Shown in pieces: positions 9,383 to 25,200 of a stretch of 64,000 nt of DNA; positions within the stretch are counted from its first letter, which is position 1, and every line of letters begins with the position of its first letter. Location: the NCBI GenBank assembly GCA_029261055.1, contig JAJDCA010000051.1, positions 9,082-73,081 on the forward strand, in the 5' to 3' direction. Both the position numbers and the translations under genes were made by a program. The notes below the pieces were generated by a model, which saw only the letters and a list, made by a program, of their open reading frames with translations, did no database searches and had not been told where the DNA came from. This DNA is from Candidatus Omnitrophota bacterium. Lineage in GTDB: Bacteria > Omnitrophota > Gorgyraeia > Zapsychrales > Zapsychraceae.

Positions 9383-10966
9383 TTATTCCCTTTTTTTAAC
9401 CTTAATCATTAATCCTTGCACACTCACAACTTCAACTTCTTCACCTTTTTTAATATCCTGATCACTGCACGCCGTCCATAACTCACCATGCACATACACC
9501 TTCCCTTTTTGAGAAGGACTAATCATTTTTTGTACTTCTCCAATTTCACCAACTAAACCTTCTTTGCCACCTAATATGCGCGAACGATGCGAACGAATCA
9601 CTGACCGCACCAAAAACAAAGTAAGCCCCGCCGTTGTCAATGAAAAAGCAAAAATAGAAGATTTTGAAACTCGCATAATCGGATCTACCGTGTCAAAAAG
9701 AAGCATAGAACCTAAAATCAGACACACCAATCCCCCTAATGTTAACATACCAAACGTCGGGGTGTACGCCTCGGCAATGAGTAAAATAAGTCCTAATATG
9801 ATTAAAGCTAAACCGGCGTAATTCGTTGGCAAGGTCTGCATACTGTAAAAGGCTAAAATTAAAAATATGGCGCCCAAAATACCAGGCACACCGATACCAG
9901 GATGTGTGACTTCAAATAACAATCCATAAAATCCAAGAATCATCAAAAAGTACGCAATATTGGGGTTGGCCAAAATATTAAAAAATTTCTGGCTGAAATC
10001 CATGGCGATGTGTTCAACATAAGATTTTTTTGTTTCTAAAGTAATATCTTGCCCATTAATATTAATCACTCGCCCATCAAGCTTTTCCAATAAATCATTT
10101 TCATTCTTCGCAATAATTTCGATGACACCCTTCTCTAAAGCCTCATCATTAGTAATGGAATCGCTTTTGACCACACTTTGTACCGCCCACTCAACATTAC
10201 GCCCTCGCTCTTTCGCAATACTCTTAATAAAGGCTACAGTGTCATTTAAAATTTTGCTTTCCATCGGCGACGCATCAGGTTCAATCTCTTCGACCCCCTG
10301 AACATCCCCCTCTTCCTTCTCTGCCTCTTGATTCTCTACTTCTTGCCTCTCCACTTCTTGACTCTCTGCTTCTTGATTCTCAGTCTCTTCCCCCTCAACT
10401 CGCCCTTTTCTCAATTCATCAATCAACTCCTTCAACTCATCCCAGCGTTCAAGCTTTCGCCGCGGTGCTTGCCCAGGCCCCATCTGTACAGGATGTGCGG
10501 CTCCGATATTAGTCGACGGCGCCATGGCCGCGAGATGACTAGCATAAGTAATAAACACTCCAGCTGAACCGGCCCGCGATCCGCCTGGGGCAATGTACAC
10601 CACAATCGGCACTTTCGACGTGAGCATCTTTTTAACAATCAGTCGCGTTGAATTCAAAAGTCCGCCAGGTGTATCTAATTTAATAATTAAACATTGAGCA
10701 TTTTCTTCGACAGCCCGATCGATTGATCCCACAATGTAATCCGCTGTTACCGGATTAATCGTATCGTCGTTGAGTTGGATAATGTGGACTTTATTGGAAG
10801 GTGAAGCTTTTACTGGATTGAGATTAGCTGAGAACATCCATAAAAAAAAACCTAAAACAAAAATAAATATAAAAAACAAAGGGGTAACCCTTGCGGTTGC
10901 CCGGTTAAAACTTTGTTTGAGGACAGACCCAAGGCCAGCCCCCACAGTATTTCTTTTCTGATCCAT
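9383..10966 (-). CDS. NfeD-family membrane-bound ClpP-class serine protease (stomatin operon partner protein)
   Basis: ClpP-like N-domain (DTPGGLLNS...GSRAGSAGVFI), multi-TM middle region and a C-terminal OB-fold. Contains an inserted acidic E/Q-rich low-complexity segment encoded by a CTTCTTG microsatellite. Confidence 0.8.
   Translation of the reverse strand: MDQKRNTVGAGLGSVLKQSFNRATARVTPLFFIFIFVLGFFLWMFSANLNPVKASPSNKVHIIQLNDDTINPVTADYIVGSIDRAVEENAQCLIIKLDTPGGLLNSTRLIVKKMLTSKVPIVVYIAPGGSRAGSAGVFITYASHLAAMAPSTNIGAAHPVQMGPGQAPRRKLERWDELKELIDELRKGRVEGEETENQEAESQEVERQEVENQEAEKEEGDVQGVEEIEPDASPMESKILNDTVAFIKSIAKERGRNVEWAVQSVVKSDSITNDEALEKGVIEIIAKNENDLLEKLDGRVININGQDITLETKKSYVEHIAMDFSQKFFNILANPNIAYFLMILGFYGLLFEVTHPGIGVPGILGAIFLILAFYSMQTLPTNYAGLALIILGLILLIAEAYTPTFGMLTLGGLVCLILGSMLLFDTVDPIMRVSKSSIFAFSLTTAGLTLFLVRSVIRSHRSRILGGKEGLVGEIGEVQKMISPSQKGKVYVHGELWTACSDQDIKKGEEVEVVSVQGLMIKVKKRE
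10300..10400. repeat. CTTCTTGAYTCTC-type microsatellite (coding, within nfeD)
   Basis: Roughly 12-13-bp imperfect tandem units. They encode the E/Q-rich acidic insert ETENQEAESQEVERQEVENQEAEKEE on the coding strand. Confidence 0.6.
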
Positions 10967-10979
10967 GTTTGGATAATTC

Positions 10980-12431
10980 TTAATTATTCTGTAAATAATG
11001 CGTCAGCAATCTTACACTGGAACCTGTAGCACCGTGGGCGAAGTACATGCGACTAGTGCCTTCGACAAAGGCCGTACCGGCGATATCGAGATGCACCCAT
11101 TTGGTACCCTCTGTAAATTGGCGTAGAAATTCTGCGGCTGTAATTGTTCCTCCAGCTCCCTTGGGAGAACCCAAATTGCAAATGTCAGCTATTTTTGATT
11201 TAACAGAATCTTTGAGCTCCGGATAAATAGGAAGACGCCAAGCGCGATCATCGGTGGTTTCAGCACTTTTGAGGATTTGTGCGGCAAAGGCATCATCATT
11301 GCTGACTAAGCCCGTGTAATCTAATCCCAAAGCCACAATACAGGCTCCTGTCAGCGTCGCGATATCAACCAAATGTGACGGCTTATAATTTTTTACTACA
11401 TACGAAATGGCGTCGGCCAAAACTAAACGCCCTTCGGCGTCTGTATTAGCAATCTCAACCGTTTTCCCGGCATAACCACGAATCACATCACCCGGCTTGT
11501 AGGCTTTAGACCCAATGGCATTTTCAGCCAAACCACATACAAAAAGAATGTTCTTTTTTAATTTCAGATTAATCACGTTTTTTAAAATGCCAACCACGGA
11601 TGCGGCGCCACTCATATCCATGCGCATCGCCTCAATATGTCCGGACGGTTTCAAATTAATCCCGCCGGTATCAAACGTAACCCCTTTTCCAACAAGGGCC
11701 GTGTAATTGTCTTTTGTCGAAGCGCCGTTGTATTTAACAATAATCAACTTCGGTGGTTTATTGCTCCCTTGATTCACGGCCAAATGTAACCCTAAACCCT
11801 TGGCTTTCATTTCCTTTTCATTCAACACTTCCAAAGAAATATTTTTCTTTCCCTTAATTAAACCACGTACCACCTTCCCAACATGGACAGACGTCACCGT
11901 GTCGGCATTATCATTAATCAAATCCCGCGTTAAATTTGCACCTAAACAGACCTTAATTGCATCCTCATAAATTTTCTTTTTGGAAGCAATAATAACGACT
12001 TGTTTATCATCAACAGATTTATCATTTTTATCTTTTGTATGATATTTTTTCCAAGTGTAGGTCCCTATCAACACGGCTTCAATAACAGCCTGTATGACAT
12101 TGTCTTTTTGTTCGTGAACAATCAGTTCCAGACTTTTTATCTCCCGAAGGTAAGGAGACAACAGTGCCCTGCGAACAGATATGCGTAAAGCGGTTAATGA
12201 CAAAGATTTCTTTTGGCCAACACCCACGCAAAGAACAACCTGATTATTTACGACAACCGGAAACAGCTGTCCATCTTTGCCGGAAAACTGTTTGGAATTA
12301 ATAATAGAATTTAATTCTTTTTTTAGTGAAGCATTGGAGAATGAAAAACTTTTTTGTTTCACCTGTTCTTCATCACATAAAACGATGGTCGCCTGCTTAT
12401 CAAACTTTGTTAAAGGACGAAATGTAATCAC
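10980..12431 (-). CDS. pepA: Leucyl aminopeptidase (M17)
   Basis: NTDAEGRLVLADAISY signature and the catalytic-domain metal-ligand blocks of the M17 family. Confidence 0.85.
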   Translation of the reverse strand: MITFRPLTKFDKQATIVLCDEEQVKQKSFSFSNASLKKELNSIINSKQFSGKDGQLFPVVVNNQVVLCVGVGQKKSLSLTALRISVRRALLSPYLREIKSLELIVHEQKDNVIQAVIEAVLIGTYTWKKYHTKDKNDKSVDDKQVVIIASKKKIYEDAIKVCLGANLTRDLINDNADTVTSVHVGKVVRGLIKGKKNISLEVLNEKEMKAKGLGLHLAVNQGSNKPPKLIIVKYNGASTKDNYTALVGKGVTFDTGGINLKPSGHIEAMRMDMSGAASVVGILKNVINLKLKKNILFVCGLAENAIGSKAYKPGDVIRGYAGKTVEIANTDAEGRLVLADAISYVVKNYKPSHLVDIATLTGACIVALGLDYTGLVSNDDAFAAQILKSAETTDDRAWRLPIYPELKDSVKSKIADICNLGSPKGAGGTITAAEFLRQFTEGTKWVHLDIAGTAFVEGTSRMYFAHGATGSSVRLLTHYLQNN

Positions 12432-12443
12432 GTTATCTCCTTT

Positions 12444-13733
12444 TTATCGCCCTTCCATAGGGACATAATCTCTTTCGGTATGACCTGTATAAATTTGACG
12501 CGGGCGGCCAATTTTTGAGGCAGGGTTTTCACGCATTTCTTTCCAATGGGCTATCCATCCCGGCATACGGCCGATAGCAAACATGACAGGAAACATCACC
12601 GTCGGAATACCGATGGCTTTGTAAATCAAACCACTGTAAAAATCAACATTCGGATACAACTTACGTTCCGCAAAATAATCATCTTTAAGAACCGCTTCTT
12701 CTAACTTAACGGCAATATCTAAAAGCGGATCATGAATACCCATTTTATCAAATAGATCATGGGCCTTCTGTTTAATAATCGTAGCACGTGGGTCAAAATT
12801 CTTGTAAACCCGATGCCCAAATCCCATCAACCGGTAATGGTCATCCGGGTCTTTGGCCTTATCGATAAATTTTTGAATATTCCCACCGTCGACTTGAATT
12901 TGCTCGAGCATCTCCACAACTTTTTGATTAGCGCCGCCATGCAACGGCCCCCATAGGGCACACACACCAGCAGAAATTGATGCAAATAAATTGGCCCAGG
13001 AACTCCCGACCAAACGTACCGTTGAAGTACTACAATTTTGCTCATGATCCGCGTGCAAAATAAGAAGTGCCCGTAAAGCACTCACAACGGTCTCGTCGAT
13101 CTTGTATTCTTTTTCTTTCGTCGAAAACATCATATTTAAAAAATTAGAAATATATCTTAAATCATCTCGAGGTGGAATAAAAGATTCGCCGATAGATGTT
13201 TTGTAGGTGTAAGCAGAAATCGTGCGCACTTTGGATAAAAGCTGTGCAGATGTGAATTTGACTTCTTCTTCGCTGGGCTCCGGCTTAAGCAATTCCGGAT
13301 AATAACCGGCGAGTGAACAAACCATGGCCGATAATAATGCCATAGGATGTCCTGCGGTTGGATAGCCCTCAAAAAAACCAAGCATATCCGGATGAAGCGG
13401 CGCTTGTTTCGTAAACGAAAGGGCAAATTTATCTAATTCATCTTGATGGGGAAGCTCACCATAAATAAGCAAATAAGATGCTTCGACAAAAGAAGATTTC
13501 TCAGCAATTTGCTCAATCGGAATACCACGATAACGTAAAATACCTTTTTCACCATCTAAAAATGTAATGCCGCTCGTGCAGGATCCGGTATTTCCAAAAC
13601 CATTGTCTAATGTAATGTACGACGTCTGCCCGCGCAGTTTGGAAATATCAATACCTTTTTCATTCTCTGTTCCTGTGATCACAGGAAATTCATGCGTTTG
13701 CCCTTCAATAATCATTTTTACTTTTTCGTCCAC
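12444..13733 (-). CDS. gltA: Citrate synthase
   Basis: Full-length type II citrate synthase with conserved His/Asp catalytic blocks (GFGHRVYKNFDPRA). Confidence 0.9.
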   Translation of the reverse strand: MDEKVKMIIEGQTHEFPVITGTENEKGIDISKLRGQTSYITLDNGFGNTGSCTSGITFLDGEKGILRYRGIPIEQIAEKSSFVEASYLLIYGELPHQDELDKFALSFTKQAPLHPDMLGFFEGYPTAGHPMALLSAMVCSLAGYYPELLKPEPSEEEVKFTSAQLLSKVRTISAYTYKTSIGESFIPPRDDLRYISNFLNMMFSTKEKEYKIDETVVSALRALLILHADHEQNCSTSTVRLVGSSWANLFASISAGVCALWGPLHGGANQKVVEMLEQIQVDGGNIQKFIDKAKDPDDHYRLMGFGHRVYKNFDPRATIIKQKAHDLFDKMGIHDPLLDIAVKLEEAVLKDDYFAERKLYPNVDFYSGLIYKAIGIPTVMFPVMFAIGRMPGWIAHWKEMRENPASKIGRPRQIYTGHTERDYVPMEGR

Positions 13734-13839
13734 AAAGCCCTCCAGGGTTCAATTAGGGATTAATATTAATTAAAATTGAAAATGTGCGGTTATTATATTA
13801 TGAAGAAGCCGTATTGCAAAGGCTTTTCTGGCTCTAAAG

Positions 13840-15078
13840 TTATTTCCGAATCGCTTCAATTCGTTTGAGAACCGGAGGATGGCTGTAACTGAGGAAGACT
13901 TTGAGGGGGTGTGGCGTGAGGTTGGATAGATTATCTACGCTTAACTTTTTAAGCGCTGTGATCATTTCTTTGGGTTTTTTGTAAGTGGTTACAGCAAAGG
14001 CATCAGCCTCGTATTCATGTTTTCGGGAGAGTACATTGCCAAAAATGGATAGTAGCATACTTATCGGAGAATATAAAAAACCAAAAAAGAATAAACTGGC
14101 ATAAATGGATGTTTGTTCCATTTTAAAAGCTGCAAACAAAGCCTCATTATGGAGAAAAAATGACAGTAGAAAAAACATCAAGCCTGTTGTCAAAACAGAT
14201 AAAAACATACCTTTAACGATATGCTTCTTTTTGTAATGCCCAATTTCATGCGCAAGAACAGAAACCAATTCATCCGTTGTATGTTTTTCAATCAATGTAT
14301 CAAACAAAGCAATACGTCGGAAGCGGCCAAATCCTGTAAAAAAGGCATTCGACTTGGTCGAACGTCGTGAGCCATCCATCGTGAAGACACCCTGTAATTG
14401 AAAATTCTGTTCCTTCGCATAAGCTTCAATTTTATCCTTCAACTCTCCATCTTCTAACGGTGTAAATTTATTAAACAATGGCAAAATGACCACCGGGGCA
14501 ATAAATGTTAGAAACAACTGAATACCTGTCAGCCCCAGCCAACAGTACAACCAGGCCCACGGCCCTGCGACAGCAAAGAACCACAACACCGCCAAAAAAA
14601 TAGGTACTCCAATAACACCCCCCAATAATAATCCTTTCACCATATCCAAAATAAATGTTTTCGGGGTTGTTTTATTAAATCCATATTTTTCCTCGATAAC
14701 AAAGGTGCTGTAAATAGAAAAAGGTAATCCTAAAATCTGGCTTGCCAACAGAAAAATACCGGCAAAAATCAAACCCGTCACATACGGACCATAATGAAAT
14801 CCTCTGGCTAACTGGTCCGCCCAATTAAATCCACCTAATAAAATAACCAATAAAATAAAACCCAAACCAAGCGTTTCCTCGATGAGTTTAAATGATGTCG
14901 TTTCCCGAAGATAATTTTGTGACCGTTTGTATTTCGCCGTATCATAATATTCATGAAACTCTTTAGGCAAGTCACTCGAAAGATGTTTCAAATTCAGCTG
15001 CTCAACAATAAGGCCCAGCACATATTCGCCGATTAAAATACATAAAATAATAATCAAGTAAGTATTCATGTTAAACAT
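13840..15078 (-). CDS. M48-family zinc metalloprotease (Ste24/HtpX-like)
   Basis: HEIGHYKKKH HExxH motif embedded in a polytopic membrane protein. The start was moved to the internal MFNMNTY methionine; the annotated N-terminal 30 aa looks non-coding. Confidence 0.7.
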   Translation of the reverse strand: MFNMNTYLIIILCILIGEYVLGLIVEQLNLKHLSSDLPKEFHEYYDTAKYKRSQNYLRETTSFKLIEETLGLGFILLVILLGGFNWADQLARGFHYGPYVTGLIFAGIFLLASQILGLPFSIYSTFVIEEKYGFNKTTPKTFILDMVKGLLLGGVIGVPIFLAVLWFFAVAGPWAWLYCWLGLTGIQLFLTFIAPVVILPLFNKFTPLEDGELKDKIEAYAKEQNFQLQGVFTMDGSRRSTKSNAFFTGFGRFRRIALFDTLIEKHTTDELVSVLAHEIGHYKKKHIVKGMFLSVLTTGLMFFLLSFFLHNEALFAAFKMEQTSIYASLFFFGFLYSPISMLLSIFGNVLSRKHEYEADAFAVTTYKKPKEMITALKKLSVDNLSNLTPHPLKVFLSYSHPPVLKRIEAIRK

Positions 15079-15392
15079 TTCACAATACGGTTTATATCCC
15101 GATCTTTCAAAGAAAGATAAATAGGGATAGAAAGAGCCTCCTGGGTAAGCCTTGCTGAAACAGAACATCCCTTCTGTTTCAAATAATAATGCAGCGGTTT
15201 GTAAACTGGATCTGCCGCTGTAATACTCTGCTGTTTTAATTGACGCATCAATTGTGCTTTTCGTTGACTCTTAATAACATAACGAAAATAAATATGCTCC
15301 CGACCTGATTTTTATTTATCAATATAAAATTATATTATAGAAAAATTTATTCTGCGCGGAAAGTTCTTTATCAAAAATAATATACCCAAGTG

Positions 15393-17036
<1,644 letters not shown>

Positions 17037-17094
17037 TTAAAAAAGGCAAGGATCATTTAAGCCTAGCTAACGCTCGGCAATTAAAATGATCAGG

Positions 17095-17147
17095 TTTCAG
17101 TGATCAGCAATCTGTTTTTTTAACCACAGATCACTGACCACTGACCA
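17095..17147. repeat. Hairpin repeat (CAGTGATCAG ... CTGATCACTG type) in the thiC leader / groEL trailer
   Basis: TCAGTGATCAGCAATCTGT / ACAGATCACTGACCACTGA imperfect inverted repeat around a T7 loop. Same motif family as the 5262 and 29768 elements. Confidence 0.5.
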
Positions 17148-17160
17148 ATTACAACGATAC

Positions 17161-18858
<1,698 letters not shown>

Positions 18859-18878
18859 TTACCACTATCATTTAATGC

Positions 18879-19170
18879 TTATTTAACAATCGCGAGAATA
18901 TCATCTTCTCTCATAATAAGAAGATCTTCACCTTCTTTAGAAGCAATCTCTGTCCCGCTGTATTTACCATAAAGTACACGGTCACCAGATTTTACTTCCA
19001 TTTCCTGAATACTACCGCTGTCTAATTTCTTTCCTTCTCCAACAGCAACAATTTTACCTTCTTGTGGCTTTTCTTTCGCTGTATCTGGAAGAACGATACC
19101 ACCCTTCGTCTTTTCTTCAGCATCTAAAGGTTTGACGATAACCCTGTCTGCTAATGGTTTAATGTTCACG
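18879..19170 (-). CDS. groS: Co-chaperonin GroES
   Basis: [13 protein letters not shown]... GroES fold. The start was moved to a GTG preceded by AAGGAGGT; the annotated 12-aa N-terminal extension is unlikely. Confidence 0.9.
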
Positions 19171-19201
19171 GTACAACCTCCTTTTTTTGTTAAAATCAAT
19201 G

Positions 19202-19228
19202 TTAGCACTTGCCCTAATGGAGTGCTAA
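19202..19228. promoter_or_regulatory. CIRCE operator (HrcA binding site) upstream of groES-groEL
   Basis: TTAGCACTT-GCCCTAATG-GAGTGCTAA is a perfect 9-N9-9 inverted repeat matching the CIRCE consensus TTAGCACTC-N9-GAGTGCTAA. Confidence 0.85.
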
Positions 19229-19264
19229 TTTAACAAAAAAAATTTTTTTGTCAAGGGAATTTTT

Positions 19265-22200
19265 TTAAATACGACTTAATTCTTTGGCTACATCTTCTTC
19301 TGAAACGCCAAGTAGCAAAGGTAGATTATGTACCGGTGTCATCTGAATAATCACCGGTGTCAGGCCGTTAATATTGAAGTTGAGGTTCTCTAATTCACTC
19401 TCACTGCAGTCTGGATTTTCATCAGAAAAACAAGGGACGAGGATATTAGGAAAATCAAAATCAATCTTATCGCCATTTGTTTGAAGATCAAAATTGCCAG
19501 GATTAAAATCAATCCCACCAAGATTGTTATCCTGACCTAACAAACTTTTATCGTGTAACACTTCCTCGACCATCTGCTTTATCTCTTCCATTAACAGACC
19601 TTTTACTTCCTCATCATTAATACCTCCCTGCATTACTTTAAGCTCATATTTTTCTATTAAGTTTTCAGAGAACACCTTTAATAAAAATTTATTTACAATA
19701 TCCACCAGAATTTCTTTATTTGAAAACTTTTTTAGATTAAATACAACAATAGACTTTTTAATCAAAATTTGAAAAATTCCAAATATTCTTTTAAAATTCT
19801 CGACACTAGCTTCATTTTCACCCATATCATCTAAAACACGTTTCATAAAACGAGATCTTTCTTTTTCAAATAAAGACGTAGAAAAAAAATTTTTATCTCC
19901 AATTTTTTGATTTACAATATTTTCCAAGAAATCATAACGTTTACCCATTCTATCTTTCAATAAAGTAAGATCACCTGTCTCATACAAAGCCATCATGAAA
20001 TCTTCACCATATTTATTAATAATCTTTTTTACAACTCGCAACTCATTTCCGTAATGTAATAACGGAGAAATTATTTTGTTTTCTATCTCCTCCTCAGATA
20101 ATTCTCTATCGTACTTCGGACTCAAGAATTCAAATGCTTCCGGATTTTTTCTAAATACCTCCTTCAGTGTTTTTTCCTGTAAATACGTAGCGAATCCTTC
20201 TCCTAAATAATTCCCCAACAAACCTGTTAAACTCAAATAATCCTTACTATGCCATTGTTCATGTATTACTGCAGCAAGAAAATCTAACGGAGTCTCTATT
20301 GATGAAATCAAACTTATTCCTTGTCTTTCTTTCCCTCCTATTATCTCAATAAATTCCCCGATAGAATCGGAATCATGAAATTCAAAAATATCATCCAGCA
20401 ATGACCCCGGCTTAATCATGAATACTAAATTTTCATCAAAATCAGGCATATTTTCTTTTACTATTTTAAATATTTTCTTTTGCTGAGAAGATAATTTTAT
20501 CTTGTTGTATTTTCTAAGAACTTTTACTCGAGATTGAAAACTATTTGCAAAGCTAAATTCTTTCCTTAAAAGCATTGCCTTTTTCACTTTTTTAAAATTT
20601 CCATGTATAATCCTTACTTTCTCCTTTTGATTATTAATTTCATCTCTTGATGTATCTAGTTCTATTAAAATATTCAAAACATTCTTTTCCTTTTGTAATT
20701 TTTCCGGACTCCATTCTTTTATATATCGATCCATATTTCTTATTATTTCTTCTCCAGAAAAATCTTCAAAATCACTATCATTACCTACGCCGATCATCAT
20801 AGCTCTATCCAAACCACTCTCGACAGAATACCCCTTATGCCCTCGCTTTTTGGATTTAAAAGAAACACCCTGAACATCATTCCGAAACCTTTTCGCTAAT
20901 AAAATAGCGGCGAGAAGTTTCATAAAATTACCAAATTCCCCTCTGGACTGATGCCCGATGGTGGAATCATTTGAAAAATTTAGTATCAAGTTTTCCCTGT
21001 TTGAACTTCTTTTGAGTACTTGCATAAAATGAGCTAATTCATGCACCAAAGTATTCGTCAGCGGATGTAAATCACGGCTCTGCGGATTAACAGTCTCAAA
21101 GGATGAAACACTGTCTGTTCTAAAATATATCGTTACCTTTCCTCTCTTCAGCTCAAATCTTCCTGATACAGGAAAATCTTCATTCAATAACTTCACATTC
21201 GTAAATCCAATCAACCCAACGGTATTTTTGACCCATTCAAAGAAGCTAACTTGTTGTTCATTAAAATATTCAGGAGAAATAACATAATCCTCTGCATCAT
21301 ATTTCGCGGCTTCCACAGATTTTTCCGCCTTTTCTTTCCGTTCTTTAAAATAAGGATCGGAAATATAATCTAATTCATTCTCATCAATACCATGCTCTGC
21401 CGCCACCCGAAGTGCTTCCTTTGGATTAACGCTCATTTGTGTCTTAATACGTCTTTTCAACAAACTGTCTCTTTTTCCATTTTCTGTATCAACATCCAAC
21501 TGCACCATAAACAGAATAAAAGATTCCTGCCATTGCTCTTTCTGCTGTCTAACCCCAATTTTCCCATCAAAGGCCTTCCCAATTTTTTTCAAATCAGATA
21601 ACGCTATCACATCAATCTGCCCTTTATTAATGTTCTTAACCACATCAAACAAATGCGTATTTCTTTCTTGATTGATCTTTAAATGAGGACTCTCTTTCTG
21701 TGTTAATCCTTTCCAATACGATGGATTCCTTCCTGTTTCCCACTCCGAATCAAAACGCTTCAGCCGGAATATTTCATCCGTGAGCGCCTTATGCGCCAAT
21801 GCCTTATAAAATTCCACCGCCACATACTTTTGAATCTTCGAAAGATAATCCTTTTCATGCCGAAACGTATCCCGCGTTTCCATAAGCGGCAGAGGAATTT
21901 GAATGATCAACCCTAATTCATCAAAATAACCCCTTAAGAATTCCGGAATAAATTCCAGAAACTCCTCTTTAACCTTGATATCAGAAACCCTTATTCCATC
22001 GCGATCAATAATCTGACTTTTCACATCCGGATCATTAGTCATGTAAATACGAAATTTTCCAAAATTAGTTGTTGCGCCAGTATCCAAAGATTTTGTGATA
22101 AAATCTGTTTCCGCCAAAACCTTTTTCCCCCTCACCTCAAGCGGAACCAACGTTCTTTTTCCATCCTTGTACCGGACAAACGAAATGGTAAATCCCTCTC

Positions 22201-25200
22201 TCTGCGCCATCCCGGCAAACAGCTTCCACGATGATTCAGACAACATTTGATCCAAAGCAGCAATACCATTGCCTTTCTTTTTAATCCGCCGTATCATGAC
22301 CCCATTTTTTAAACCTTGCCGCGCTAACTTACGGACACGTACCAACCTGATCTGCTGCCCGGATGGGTCGACATCAATCGTAAACATATACGCTTCCCCG
22401 TCATTTTTGGCAATAATCTCCAACCGATCTATCCCGGCATACAAAGCAAATTTCCCTTTGCCAAAATAACCGGAGACATCTCCCATCTGCCCCCCTTTTT
22501 CCTTATTCGACTTGGGGATGAGCATGGCTAATATCTTACCGATGGGAGGCCCTTTGCCGTCATCGGTTATTTCTTCAACAAAATCTCCTGTCTCTTCATC
22601 TTCATAATGTTCAACAACAAGATTTACGGCCTTGGCATCGGAGGAATTTTGCGCGGCTTCCGCCGCATGCCGCCCTGCTTCCTGTGCCTTCATAAGATCA
22701 GCAATACTTTGACTAGATTTTTCATTGTCCGGCTGAGCCATAATTTGTTCAATCGCGGCCATCATTTCTTCAATCGTATAAAGATCACTCTCCTCTTCCG
22801 CACTCCTCTTTTTATCTTGGTTCCAGGCTGCAATCTTTTCTACAGGCACACCGCCTTTTGTCATCACAATATCTTCTTCAGCCACGGGGTCTATTTTTCT
22901 CCTAGTATGAACCAAAGGCACATCACTTGTAAAAAACACAATAAACTTTTTGGCCTCTCCTAAATTTAAATCCTGATCCGCGCCTGGATACTTAAATTCC
23001 CTTAAAATATCTATATACTCCACCGATTCAAACGAAGAGGCCCATTGGTCCAAATAATTTTGCCGTACATCTTTGTTTTCATGATTCAAAATTTGTTTCA
23101 GCTGCCGGGTCATGACATCCAGCCCATTTTTGTCTTGAGAAATTCTTGATAAAAATCGAACCATTTTCCGAATAGTGACCACGTCCGTGCTATCTTTCAT
23201 CTCTTTTACCAGTTTATAAATTAAAGGCATAGCCTCAAGATGTTCATCTATTTCAATATTCCACCCAAACAAAAGCGCCTCCATAAATTTAATATCAATA
23301 TTGTTCGCTTGAATATCAACATCCTGATTCGACGCTAAAGAAAACAATTTTTCATAAAATGCTACCCATATCTCATTTAGATCCAGAAGCGAAGACACAC
23401 CATTGACCAGCTTCATAATCTTTTCTTGATCCTTCTTAAGTGCCTTAATAATAAATTCCATCCTTTCAGCAAAAGTATCCAAAGGAAGCCGCTGAAAAAG
23501 ACGATTCCAGTCAGGCGAACCTTCTTGAAAGAGCAAATCAAAGGCCTTGTCATATTTTTCTGTTACAGCTTCGTCCTGCTTCCTGAATAAAGCTCTTATT
23601 TCGCCATTCAAATCATTTCTAAGATCTTCCGGCACAAGATCCAAAAATGGTTTATACGCCTCTTCGGCCTGCTGCACCCACTGCTCCTGTCGACTCAACA
23701 CTTCTTTTTCCCATAAATCCTTAGCTTGATTCATAATGTCCTGTTGTTCCGAAGTGCCCTTACTCAACGGACTTTCCATAAATGCTTTAGGATCAAATAT
23801 CTTTACTTGACCCTCCTCACTGTTGTAAAACACAAAAACAGAACCGGATACGCCGACCAATTCATAATTCAAATAACCCTCCATAACAATTTCAACATGA
23901 TTCCCTTGATCATTAACAATCCTGTAATTACCTTGTGCGTATTGCTCCAAAATAAACGTGCGGTCTTCTGTTATAAAAATAACCCCCTCTCTTCCAGCCA
24001 TTATTGCATCCCCTGTTTTATAAAAGTAATCAACAATTTCTCCTCCTGGTAAAACAGCATACACTACTTTATTATCCCTGGATGATTCCAGACGCATACC
24101 TGTTTTGTGGGTTAATGGAACGTCAAAATTTGAAGCAGATATTATTTCTAAATTTTTATCATAAACCAAAAGCTGATCTTCCAAACGGATAAGCTGAGTA
24201 TCCGACTGGTTTGGCAAATTTTCATAGGATTGAAATTGATCCGGATCAACCGCCTCCATCCCATTCTCCGTGATCCTGGAAATGCCGACAGAATCTTTGC
24301 CATACGTTGTCCAGTATTTGGGTAAATTATATTTCTTTATAATTTCATTTAATTCATGTAGGTTATCAAAGCTTTCAAGCCAACCATTTGAATTATCATG
24401 CTTCTCACCTTTTAGAACAACTCCGAAATAACCATGATTTTCTCCTTTAAATGTTAAAGAAAAAGTTTCCTTTTCATTTGAAGTCATATGAATTTGTTTT
24501 GAATTCGCTACGGAACCATACGGGCTTTGAAAAACAAGCCCTTCGGACTTACTAAGATAAATAAAAATTTCCCCATCCTGATCACTAAAAAAATAGTCTA
24601 TGTTATCAATGCGTCTTTTCTTTTCCAACCTGTACAAATGTTTCCCGGATACATCCTCATACACCACCACATCCGCCTTTGGGTCGATGTAAAAAGACCT
24701 TACATCAGCTGCAATCTGAATTTTAAGGATTTGAATATCTTGATACAAAGGGTCTAAAACAAAAAGATCATTCCTTGAATTCAAAATAATAACGTACCGT
24801 CCTGAGGGGGACAGATTAGCCATCTTTAAATCGTTCAGTATAAAATTATCAGAAGTGTTAAAATAATTTTCCTTCAAGGGTAAAATCATGTACGCACCAG
24901 TTGATTTAGACTTCAAAAGAACCTGCCGCTGATTATACTCAATCAAGAAAAAGCCTTCTGCTGAATTATCCCATGTTCGGGATAGTAACTTCCCTTTACT
25001 ATACGTAGATGCGGCCAATAAAAATTTCCGTGTTATATCCGAGCCGGCCTCCTGCACTTTAAAAATTAAAAACATATTTTCATCCACTTGAAGAATCTCC
25101 GCCCCTTTTTTGATATCTGCAATCCCCTTTCCATTTTCATTTATTAATTGTTGCGTATCCCCATTATTCTTAATAAATATATATCCCTTTTCTAGATTTT

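Noticed and set aside
15066-15251. 61-aa ORF in the thiC to M48 gap
   Set aside because: Low-complexity, no ribosome-binding site, and it overlaps the hairpins. More likely non-coding.
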